Source of the DNA: Paraspadella gotoi | Taxonomy: Eukaryota; Animalia; Chaetognatha | Assembly: GCA_051294375.1 (NCBI GenBank) | Contig: JBJCIZ010001324.1 | Span: 1-44,092, forward strand | DNA length: 44,092 nt | Direction: 5' to 3' | In this document: positions 1 to 10,843 of the stretch, in pieces | Position numbering within the stretch: position 1 is the stretch's first letter | Layout: every line of letters starts with the position of its first letter | The notes under the pieces: model-generated | What the model saw: the letters and a program-made list of their open reading frames with translations, nothing else | Told to the model about the DNA's origin: nothing | Database searches by the model: none | Position numbers and translations under genes: made by a program

Positions 1-752
1 ATCAAATTGCCAAATCAAGTCCGAAATGATTCGAGCAGGTTTGCCTCCAGAAATGCGGCTCGGTTAAAAAAAACTACTTGCTAAATAACCGGTAACTTAG
101 GTAACATGATACCAAGACATCCCGTTTGCAATTTGGTTAAGGTTTGTAAACACTCCCTCATTCCTGAGAGTGTTACATCTGAAAGAGCCTTGCTCCTCAT
201 TCGTTTATGGCATTTGAATAAAGGATTATAATATCAAAAAACAAAGCCCAGGGGAATGCCCACTACTCATCTCCGGGAGAAATTTCAAAAACCTATTTTT
301 ACTATAGAAATGAAAAGGGAATGTTTACAAACCTTAAAATTCAAAACGGGGATTGCTATATGTTCCCTGTGTACAATGAGCGCTTCCGAATTTCGCGATT
401 CTGATAAGCTTTGTGTCTGAAGAGCTTGCCTATTTTTTTTTTGCATTTTTATAATGGATTATGACATAAAATGATCAGGTTAAATGAAAATAGTCCCAGT
501 TTGAATCGGCGAAATTTTTATTTAAAAGGAACTTAAAAGGGAAGGTGGATGAAAAAAAACTGAATTTTTCGCTAATATCTTTTGAAGGGATAAGATAAAG
601 GGATGGAATAGTACGAAAATGAAGCATAATGATGGGCACATACAAGATACAATTTTAGAATTACTTATGCTGAAACCGTCCTTACCGGGTGAGTGTCAAC
701 TAAGTCAAAATTGATAATGAATTTTAAAACTATGACACTCCACAAGAATAAA

Positions 753-1483
753 TAGAAGTCTACGTCGTTCTTAGAAATCGAGGAAGACTTTTTCAATGGC
801 GATTTTTTCGTTAAAATCTGACTACCAAATAATGTTCAACGCCCTGGGATAAAATTCAGGTAAAAAATAGATGTAAAACACTCGATTCCGATCCTGTGTA
901 TCTGAAGGCTCGCCATTTTTTTTGCTCTTGGCAATAATACCATCATTTTGACTCGACCATTCAAATTCAAATGGACTGGTTGCGCTCGGAAATATGTTTT
1001 GAGCGCATTTTTTATATATAAATAAGGGATTTCTCAACTTCAATACAAGATGTCAACGCATTGTAGGTATGTTGTCATTTTACAAATAAACTTGAATTCC
1101 AGGAAATCCGATAGTAATGATGTCTGAAGGGCTTCTCAAAATTTCTTTCTTTACATTTCAAATTTGGTTATTTAATATGATACGATCATGTTAACGTGAA
1201 TTAGTCCATTTTTGGTGAAATTTTTTATTCAAAGTAAAAGTAAAAGAGGAGCTAACGAATTCTAAGAGTTTTCCACTCTGGGATCAGATTCGGAAAAAAA
1301 TCTTATTGGCGAGAAAATCTTCCAAAGAAGGTGGATTTTCCGCAGATTTTGGTTAATATTTTCTATGAGTTATGGTCGGATTTTTTGAAACTTAAAAATA
1401 GCAATATTGCCATCATTCTACATTGGCGCGGTCAAAGAATATAATAAAAAAAACCCTGACTTTTTTCGTCAGAGCTTAGCCTA
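753..1483 (+). mobile_element. Non-autonomous DNA transposon family B (~730 bp) with 7-bp TSD GAATAAA
   Basis: Termini TAGAAGTCTACG...GCTTAGCCTA, with GAATAAA at 746-752 and 1484-1490. The inverted X copy has a single GAATAAA (empty site, ~4158-4164). Confidence 0.75.
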
Positions 1484-2279
1484 GAATAAATTTGGGAAAA
1501 AATTTTTAAAATTTTTAATTGAATTCTGAAAGAAAAAAGCTAAATGTACTTAGTAAAACTTAAAAGTTTTTTAGAAATAGAAAATGTAAATTTTTCGTCA
1601 CTTAAATAATTTGCTTGTCTGATTTTACAAGCATGCTTACAAGAATTCTACAAAATATTATTTCCCATCAAAGCTAAGTATTTATCCTTCTTTTCCACCT
1701 GCAAAAAGTAAACATTATCTTATTGAAGAAAACAGGGATGTGTACTAGAAAGGAGACCGGAAGCAATTCAACTTTCTTCACTTTGATGTATTTTTCAAAT
1801 AATAAAATAAGCGAATTTTTTAATTATTTAACTCTCACGGCCTTCATAAGATATTACACTTTCATAAAATCCCAATGTTAATGTAATTTATTATATTTTT
1901 TACCCAGAAATCTTAAAATAACAGAAAGTTGTGGATTCCCTTCGCTCGTTTAAGAAAAAAAAATTAACTAGCGGAATTATAAGTTTTGGGGATAAGCATC
2001 GTTTCTAAATAACTCATTGTTTTATATCAAATTTGGTAGCGTTCGATAGACAATTGCAAACATTATCTACATGCATAATTTCATCATAATCCGACAATCC
2101 GTTCAAAAGTAATCGCCAAAAAGCAATCGCAAAAATCGCTCTTCAAACCGATCAACTTTCCTTTAAAATCGAGCTCGTTTTTATCCAACAAAGATTAGTA
2201 CTATGCGTAGTACTAAGCTTTAGAACCGGCGCACAGTGAGATCCTGGGCCTGAGTTTTTCTGAAAAATCCCGTTCAGTT

Positions 2280-2441
2280 AAAATTATTTTTTTATTATAT
2301 ATTAATTATAAAAATTAATTTTTAAAAATTTATTTGAATATTAAAATAATTAAAACATATTTTTTTATAATTTTAAATAAATAAAATAAAATTATTTTAT
2401 AATAAAATATATACTATTATCAGATTATATAATAATAATAA

Positions 2442-2473
<32 letters not shown>

Positions 2474-2880
2474 TAATAATTATAATTATAAAAATAAAAT
2501 TAAAAAATAAAATATTTATATTTTATTTACTATTATTATTTTATTATTATTATTATTATTATTATTAATATTATTATTAAAATAAAAAAATTAAAATTTT
2601 TTTTGATTTATTATATTTAATATGATTATTATATTTTATTAAAATTAAAATTTTATTTTAATCTTATATTTTTTAATTATATACCATGATGGAAAAAACT
2701 TGCAGTTTAAAAAAATTAGCTAATTTTATTATAAAATATATTTTTTATGCATATATACTTTTTAATATATAGTAGTACCTTTTTCAGATTGAATAAAAAA
2801 GTTTATTCTCAATACTATAATTATATTTATATAAATATTTTTATATATTATATAATATTATAAAAATTTAAAAATTTATT
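2280..2880. repeat. Extremely AT-rich (TAA)n/(TTA)n low-complexity core of element Y
   Basis: Runs of AAT followed by runs of ATT. Repeated at ~6150-6547 and inverted at ~7640-8215. Confidence 0.9.
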
Positions 2881-3471
2881 TTTCTAGCATTTGGGACTCA
2901 CAAGCAACACTGTGCGACGATTTTTATTTTTAATTAGTTTTTATTTGACTTTTTTAAACTTTGCATTATATTGAGAAAACGCTTTTGAATTAAGCCCGCG
3001 CTCTACCTGATTTGAATAGTAAAATCAATACAGTTTCTGTCAATTGTGTTCAAAATTGAAAAAAATGAAGGCTTGACTATGCAGTTTTCACCTAAAAAAC
3101 AAGTTCATTTGATTGCTTTATCAAGCAATTAAGATTGCAAGAATTTTAATTTTTCTTTTTTTTATCATATAGAGAAGACACTAATGTTTCGGAAACTGTA
3201 CTAATATGTATGATTTTGTAATTTTTACTCAAGAGCCAGGAGGTTTTCTTGAATAGGGAAAAACGGCCTGACCAGTCATTTAAATACCATTTTTGGGCAT
3301 GATAAAATGGGAATTTCGATCGCGCTCTACCTCCATTGGCTTCCCAAGACGCCAAGCTTTCGAAATCTGCCCATATTGACATAATTTGTTTTGGCCTTGA
3401 CTATGCAGTTTTGAATAGAAGTGAAATATAAAGGAATCTTGATCGGAGCTTCGATTCGAACGATGCTCATC

Positions 3472-4848
3472 TTGGAAGCCGCTATAGAAAAAAGAAGCCA
3501 GTGACTTTTTCTTATATTTTTATATTGATAGATGTGGAATGACGGGAATATTGTAAATCTCAAGTTTTGCTTTAACGGACCTCACATTGTGGAGAAATCT
3601 TAGGAAACCATCAAAATTCCACCCTTTTTTCAACATTCTCGCCTTTTAAGATTTTCGCCATTCTGACTTCCCCTTACAAACTTATAATTCCGCTAGTTAA
3701 TTTTTTTTTCTTAAACGAGCGAAGGGAATCACAACTCTTCTGTTATTTATGATTTCTGGGTAAAAAATATAATAAATTACATTAACATTGGATATAGTGA
3801 AAGTGTAATATCTTATGAAGCCTGTGAGAGTAAATAATTAAAAAATTCGCTTATTTTATTATTGAAAAATACAGTAAAGTGAAGAAGTTGAATGTGTCTC
3901 CGCTCCTTTTAGTAAACATCCCTGTCTTTTTCAATAAATAATGTTTCTTTTTGCTCGGTGGAAAAAGAAGATAAATACTATGTGCTGTGATGGGGTAATA
4001 TATTTTTGTAAATTTGTAAGCATGCTTGTAAAATCAGCAAGCAAATATTTAAGTGACAAAAAATTTACATTTTCTTTATCTCAAAAAACTTAAAGTTTTA
4101 CTAAGAGTACAATTTAGCTTTTTTCTTTCAGAATCATTAAAAAGAATTAAATTTTCATTTATTCTTATGGGTGTTCATTAGTTTTTAAATTCATTATAAT
4201 TTTGACTTAGTTTGTACACTACCCTGTAAGAGTGGTGTCAGCATATAGAATTCTAAAATTGTATTTTGTATGTGCCCTATTATTATGGCTTCATTTTGGT
4301 ACTATTGCCATCCCTTTATCTTTATTCCTTCAAAAGATATTAGGAAAATCAGTTTTTTTCTCAACCTTCCTTTTATATTCTTTTAAATAAAAATTTCGCG
4401 ATTCAAACTGGACTATTTCATTTAACACCTGATCATTTATGTCAAATCATTATAAAATGAAAAAAGAAAAAATAGGAAGCTCTAGACACAAAGCTATCAG
4501 AATCGCGAAATTCGAAGTCGCTCATGTATAACAGAACATTATAGCAATCCGTTTGCAATTTTAAGTTTTGTAAACTTTCCCTTTCATTTCTATAGTAAAA
4601 ATAGGTATTGAAAATTCTCCAGATGAGTAGGCATTTCTCCTGGCTTGTGATTATTATAATCCTTTATCAAATGCCATAAAACGAATAGGACAAGCTCTTC
4701 AGATGTAACACTCTCGATCGTGGTTTTTACAAGCTGTTTTTTAACGAATTTCTGGCAAACGCGTTTGCAATTGGGTGAGTCAGATTGAAATCGGAAATGG
4801 TCTTATTTAGAATAAATGTGAATTTTTTTTAAGCGAGATTCTCGTCTA
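3472..4848 (-). mobile_element. Family X element, uninterrupted inverted copy (~1.38 kb)
   Basis: Reverse complement of the X host segments with B and Y absent. Flanked by GCTCATC (3465-3471) and CTCATC (4849-4854). Ends TTGGAAGCCGC...CGTCTA. Confidence 0.7.
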
Positions 4849-5270
4849 CTCATCTCTATAAGTTTGTAAGAGGAAGTCAGAATCGGCGAAAATCTTAAAA
4901 GGCGAGAATGTTGAAAAAAAGGGGTGGAAATTTGATGGGTTTCCTAGGATTTCTCCACAATGTGAGGTCCGATGAAAGCGAAACTTGAGATTTACAATAT
5001 TCCCATCATTCCACATCTATCGATATAAAAATATAAGAAAAAAGTCACTGGCTTCTTTTTTTATAGCGGCTTCCTAATTAAAGCTTTTAAAATAAATTTG
5101 TTAGCTTATGAGGGATAATTATTTATATTTTGTAATTTTAACAATAAATTAACTTATTTACGCATTTACATAACTAAAGTAAGCTATCGGTCTTTTAATA
5201 GGTTTTATTCATTGGACGGGCCGTCTAAAAATGAATTCAGCTCTGAAGCGTCTGTCCAGCGGCTGTCCAA

Positions 5271-5650
5271 CTTCTCTCTCTGTCTCTCTCTTTGTCTCTC
5301 TCTCTCTGTGTCTCTTTTTCTCTCTGTCTCTCTCTGTCTCTCTCTCTCTCTCTGTCTCTCTCTGTCTTTCTCTTTCTGTGTCTGTCTTTTTCTGTACGAT
5401 CTCTTATTCTTTTTATTCTAAAAACTTGTATTATTGCCATTTGTTCTCGTTTTTGTAATCTTCATCATCGTTGTTGTCGTCGTCGTCTATGTTCTCATTT
5501 TCGTCATCGTTTTCGTCGTTGTTGTTGTCATCGGTCTATCTTGGTTCTTCATTATTCAGTCGTCGTTGTTCATCGTCGTCTGTCTTTTTTCTTGCATTTT
5601 CGGTCTTGAAATTGCCAATTCGAGTCAGCGTTTTTGTTGTCGTCGTCCGT
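5271..5650. repeat. (CT)n/(CTGT) microsatellite followed by degenerate (GTC/GTT)n
   Basis: Read directly. Inverted copy at ~8645-9047. Confidence 0.9.
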
Positions 5651-6859
5651 CTTTGTTTCTTTCGAGTTTTCGAAGTAACACTCTTTACAGATAGGCTTTC
5701 TTCTTTAATTCTAATTTACTAAAATCTCTCATTTCTTGTAATAAAAAATTCTTTATATCAAATCATTGCTTCATCTATTGGCATTAGCCTCGGTGATTAC
5801 ATGAGCATCGTTTTAAATAACTCCCATTGTTTTATATATCAAATTTCTGGGTAGACGTTACGTTCTGATAGAACCGAATTGCAAACTATTAGTCATCTAA
5901 GACATTGCAAATATTCACATAATCCGGACAATCCGTTCAAAAGTAATCTGCCAAAAAGAGCAATCGCAAAATCCGCTGCTCAAACCGAATCTAACTTTCC
6001 CATTTAAAATCCGAGCCTCGATTTTTATCCACACAAGACTTGTAGTATTTCTATGTGTACTTACTCTAAGCTCTCTTAGAACCGGCGGCACAGTGAGATC
6101 TGGGCTTGAATTTTTCAAAAAAATCTTCGTCGAGGTTAAAGAATATTTTTACTCTTGACTTCAATCTATGTATAATCGTACTAAAAATAATTCTTATTAA
6201 AACTTATTTAATATAAAATCAACTTAAAATAAAATTATATTTATTATAACTTTAAAGTGAAATAATATCAAAATTTATTTATTAATTAAAAAATAATAAG
6301 ACTATCAATTATCTCATAAAATATAATAATAGATATAATAATAATAATAATTAATAATAATTATAGTTAATAAAATAAATAAAATTAAAAAATCAACAAC
6401 TATATTACTCATATATAATATTCATAAATATTATTATTTGAGATTATAATCTATCTTTATTTATAATTATTTATGTTAATAATAATAGAAAGAATAATTT
6501 TTTTTTGATCTTCTTTCTTATATTTTAATAAGGTATTTCTATATATANNNNNNNNNNNNNNNNNNNNNNNNNGTTGTCATCGTCGTCGTCTTTTTTCTCA
6601 TTTTCGTTGTCGAATTCGTCGTTTTTGTTGTCGTCGTCGTCTTTGTTCTCGTTTTCGAAGTAACACCTCTTACATGAAGCTTTCTTCTTTAATCTAATTT
6701 TAAAATCTCATTTCTTGTAATAAAAAATCTGTTTATCAATCATTGTATCATTGATTGGGGATGAGCATCGTTTTTAAATAACTCATTGTTTTATATCAAA
6801 TTTGGTAGCGTTCGNNNNNNNNNNNNNNNNNNNNNNNNNTTCAATATACTTACTTATAA

Positions 6860-7549
6860 CCAGGTGTCACCAACGCGTAGAATGATGGCAATATTCGTTA
6901 ATATTATAGGTTTCAAAAAAAATCGCGACCATAAATATAGAAAATATTAACCAAAATCTCGAAAAAAGAACCCCTTCTTTGGAATATTTTCGCCATAGAA
7001 GATTTTTCCCGCTGGAATTTCTGACTCCCGTTGAAAACTCGTAGAATTGCCGATCGTTAGCGTCCTCTTTTACTTTTACTTTAAATAAAAAAATTTCACC
7101 AAAATGGACTAATTCACTTTCCCAGCATGCGTAATCATATCAAAATAACCAAATAAAATGTAAAGAAAAATTTTGAGAGCCCTTCAGACACTTTGCCAAA
7201 GGATTCCAAAATTAGACGTCATTTGTTGAACAGGAACATACCTCAGTCACGTTTATATCGTTTTCAAGGAAAAAAATCCCTTTCATTTTCTATATAAAAT
7301 CAGAGATAGAAAATTTTCCCGTCCAGAAGCAGTCTATTTGTTTCTGTCTTGTTTGATATCAAGATGTTGATGATTTGACAAAAGAAAAAAATGCGAGCCC
7401 TTCAGATACAAACAGGATCGGAATCAAGTGTTTTTTACATCGATATTTTACCCGAATTTTTACCAGGAGCGTTTATATTGTTTGGTAGTCAGATTTGAAC
7501 GAAAATCTCCATCTCCATCTCGATCTCTAAGAACGACGTAGACTCGATA
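6860..7549 (-). mobile_element. Family B second copy (inverted body; its other end is at 9307-9344), TSD ATTATAT
   Basis: Reverse complement of ~753-1430. ATTATAT at 7550-7556 (-) and 9345-9351, single at the empty site 2965-2971. Confidence 0.7.
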
Positions 7550-8026
7550 ATATAATGCAAAATTTAAAAATAAAACTTTTAAAAAACAAAAATCGTCGCA
7601 CAGTGTTGCTTGTGAGTCCCAAATGCTAGAAAAATAAATTTTTAAATTTTTTTATATTATTTTATATAATTATATAAAATATTTATATAAATATAATTAT
7701 AGTATTGAAAATAAACTTTTTTATTCAATCTGAGAAAGGTATAGTACTTATATATTAAAAAATATATATGCATAAAAATATATATTTTATAATAAAAATT
7801 AGCTAATTTTTCTAAACTGCGAGTTTTTTCTTTATGGCATAATTAAAAAAATATAAAATTAAAATAAAATTTTAATTTTAATAGTATATAATAATCTTAT
7901 TAAATATAATAAATCAAAAAAAAATTATTTTTTTTATTTTATAATAATTATATAATAATAATAAAATAATAATAATGAATAAAATATAAATATTTTATTT
8001 TTTAATTTTATTTATTTAATTAAATA

Positions 8027-8070
<44 letters not shown>

Positions 8071-9306
8071 ATCTGATAATATTATATATTTTATTATAAA
8101 ATAATTTTATTTCATTTAAGTTATAAAAAAAATTTTATTTTAATTATTTTAATATTCAAATAAATTTTTAAAAAATTATTTTTATAATTAATATACATAA
8201 ATAAAAATATTTTTAACTGAACGAGATTTTTTTGAAAAAATTCAAGCCCAGGATCTCACTGTGCGCCGGTTCTAAAGCTTAGTATTACACATAGTACTAA
8301 TCTTGTGTGGATAAAAAACGAGCTCGATTTTAAAGGAAAGTTGATCGGTTTGAGAGCGATTTTTGCGATTGCTTTTTTGGCCGATTACTTTTGAACGGAT
8401 TGTCCGGATTATGATGAAATTATGCATGTAGAAATATGTTTGCAATTGTCTATCGAACGCTACCACAATGTTGATATAAAACAATGGAGTTATTTAAAAA
8501 CGATGCCTCAGTCCCAATCAATGATACGTATGATTGATAAACGAGACTTTTTTATTACAACAGAAATTGAAGATTTTAAAATTAGAATTAAAGAGAAAGC
8601 CTACATGTTAAAGAGGTGTGTTACTTCGAAAACTCGAGTAGAACTAAGACGACGACGACAACAATAAACGACGAAATTACGATCAAGACCGAAATCATGA
8701 AAAAAAAGACGACGACGATGAAACAACGACGACGAAAATTAAGCAGACAAAGACGGATGTGACAACAACAACGACCGATAACACGTATTGACGATAGAAT
8801 GAGAACGATGTAGAGACGACGACAAACACGATGATGAAGTTACAAAAACGAGAACAGAATATGGCAATAATACAAGCTTTTTAGATAAAAAGAATCGAAG
8901 GAGATCGTACGAGATAAAAGACAGGAGACGAAAAGAGAATACGAACTGAGAGAGCATACGGAGCAAGAGGAGAATGACAGAGAGGACAGAGAGAAAAAGA
9001 GACACGATGAGAGAGAGGACAATGAGCAGAGAGACAGAGAGAGAGAAGTTGGACAGCCGCTGTCGACAGTATCCTATTCAGGAGCTGAATTCATTTTAGC
9101 GCCCGTCATGATGTAATAGAAGAGCCTATTAAAAGACCGATAGCTTACTTTAGTTATGTAAAATGCGGTTAATCAAGTTTGAATTTATATTGGTTTAAAA
9201 TTACAAAAATGATAAATAATTTATCCCCTCATTAAGCTGAGACAAGATTTATTTTAATCTCAAGCTTTTAATTAGTGAAGCCCGCTATAAGGAAAAAAGA
9301 AGCCAG
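6860..9306 (-). repeat. Inverted block redundant with 5040-6814
   Basis: 8520-9306 mirrors 5040-5800 and 7555-8520 mirrors 1987-2965. Adjacent to two 25-N gaps (6548-6572, 6815-6839). Confidence 0.85.
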
Positions 9307-10384
9307 AAAAAACCTCGGGCTTTTTTCATCAGAGCTTAGTCCTAATTATATTGAGAAAACGCTCTTGAATTAAGCCCGCGCTCTACCTGATTTGAATAGT
9401 AAAATCAATACAGTTTCTGTCAATTGTGTTCAAAATTGAAAAAAATGAAGGCTTGACTATGCAGTTTGCACCTAAAAAACAAGTTCATTTGATTGCTTTA
9501 TCAAGCAATTAAGATTGCAAGAATTTTAATTTTGCTTTTTTTTCATCATGTAGAGAAGACAATAAGGTTTCGGAAACTGTACTAATATGTATGATTTGGT
9601 CTTTTTTACTCAAGAGCCAGGAGGTTTTATTGGAATAGGGAAAAAACGGTCTGACCATTCCATTTAAATACAATTTTTGGGCATGATAAAATGAGAATTT
9701 CGATCGCGCTCTACCTCCATTGGCTTCCCAAGACGCCAAGCTTTCGAATTCTGCCTATATTGACATAATTTGTTTTGGCCTTGACTATGCAGTTTTGAAT
9801 AGAAGTGAAATATAAAGGAATCTTGATTGGAGCTTCGATTCGAACGATGCTCATCTCTACATTGATCTAATTTTTGTTCTTATCGATATAAAAAAATTAA
9901 TTTTGCATGGAATAACAAAAATGAATTTTTTCTGTGATTTCTCATTGGCTTAAAAAAAAATAGTTAGCTTTTTGAAATGGACATAAGATCAAGCTTCAAA
10001 CGTTATGATTTCATAAAAACGACTTATTTACGTCGCTTTTGATTAATGAAAACCAGTTGACCGTCGTCTTAATTTTTACCTTTTTGTATGTGGCTGATTA
10101 TGGCTTTGCAATCTTATACTGGGTAGTCGGCTAGATGTACAACGAAGAATGAATTCATGACTCTAACCTGATTCTTATTCCACTGTATTTGTTGACTGTT
10201 GAGTATTGCCTGAGTTCACTGTTTACCGTTTAACGTTTTTTTACCTCCCTCCTTACCAAAAACTTAGTCCGAAACACCATGACGACGTCGACAACAACGA
10301 CGACTCTCCTCGTCTTCGCAAAGAACCTTCGAGCTAATCTCATTTCGCTGTTATGAGATTTTTTTGCGGGGGAGACTGTTCGAG

Positions 10385-10682
10385 ACAGGGAGGAAGGGAC
10401 GAAGGGAGGAAAAGGGGAGGAAGGAAGGGGGAGGGGAGGAAAAAGGTAGGAAGAGGGGAGGAAGGGAGGAAGAGAGGAAAAGGGAGGAAGAGGGGAGGAA
10501 GGGAGGAAGAGGGGAGGAAGAAAAGAGTTAGAGGGAAGGAAGGGTGGAAGAGGGAAGAAAGGGAGGAAGAGGGGAAAAAGGGAGGAAGAGGGGAGAGGAA
10601 GAGGGGAGAGAAACTAGAATGGAAGAGAATGTGAGGAAGAGGGTAGAGAGATGGGGAGGAGAGAGACTAGAGTAGGGAGAGA
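10385..10682. repeat. Polypurine (GGA/GA) tract forming the 3' flank of LINE copy 1
   Basis: Almost only G and A for ~300 bp. Confidence 0.9.
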
Positions 10683-10843
10683 GAATGAATGAATGAATGA
10701 ATATAAACGAATATGGCCTTGGGCACGCCTATTGCGGCCTATGTAGCCTTTTGGCTCAGATATTAAATCGTTACGCATAACAACAGATGACTGTTCAACA
10801 TTAAGATACTAAACATTACAACGGAAATAGTTGTAGAACACTT

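Larger units (their letters stand above)
1987..4858 (+). mobile_element. Non-autonomous TIR transposon family Y (~1.5 kb core), TSD TAAGTTT, with an X copy inserted in its right TIR
   Basis: Left TIR TGGGGATAAGCATCGTT. Right TIR AACGATGCTCATC|TCTA is split between 3459-3471 and 4855-4858. TAAGTTT lies at 1980-1986 and 4859-4865, with an empty site at ~3678-3684 (-). Confidence 0.75.
1..5076 (+). mobile_element. Non-autonomous DNA transposon family X, host copy (left end outside the window), interrupted by elements B and Y
   Basis: Segments 1-752, 1484-1986 and 4859-5076 recur as one contiguous inverted copy at 3472-4848. Right end is ...ATAGCGGCTTCCTA. No transposase ORF. Confidence 0.7.
6756..9859 (+). 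mobile_element. Second family Y insertion, TSD CATTGAT, carrying a family B insertion; internally scrambled
   Basis: TIRs TGGGGATGAGCATCGTT (6756) and AACGATGCTCATCTCTA (9843-9859) match at 15/17. CATTGAT at 6749-6755 and 9860-9866. 9345-9855 is a direct repeat of 2965-3471. Confidence 0.75.

Noticed and set aside
5212-5722. Several overlapping ORFs rich in SL, RE or V
   Set aside because: They are translations of CT and GTC microsatellites. The same applies to ORFs near 8.7-9.0, 10.35, 15.5, 18.3, 31.8-32.4 and 33.0-33.4 kb.
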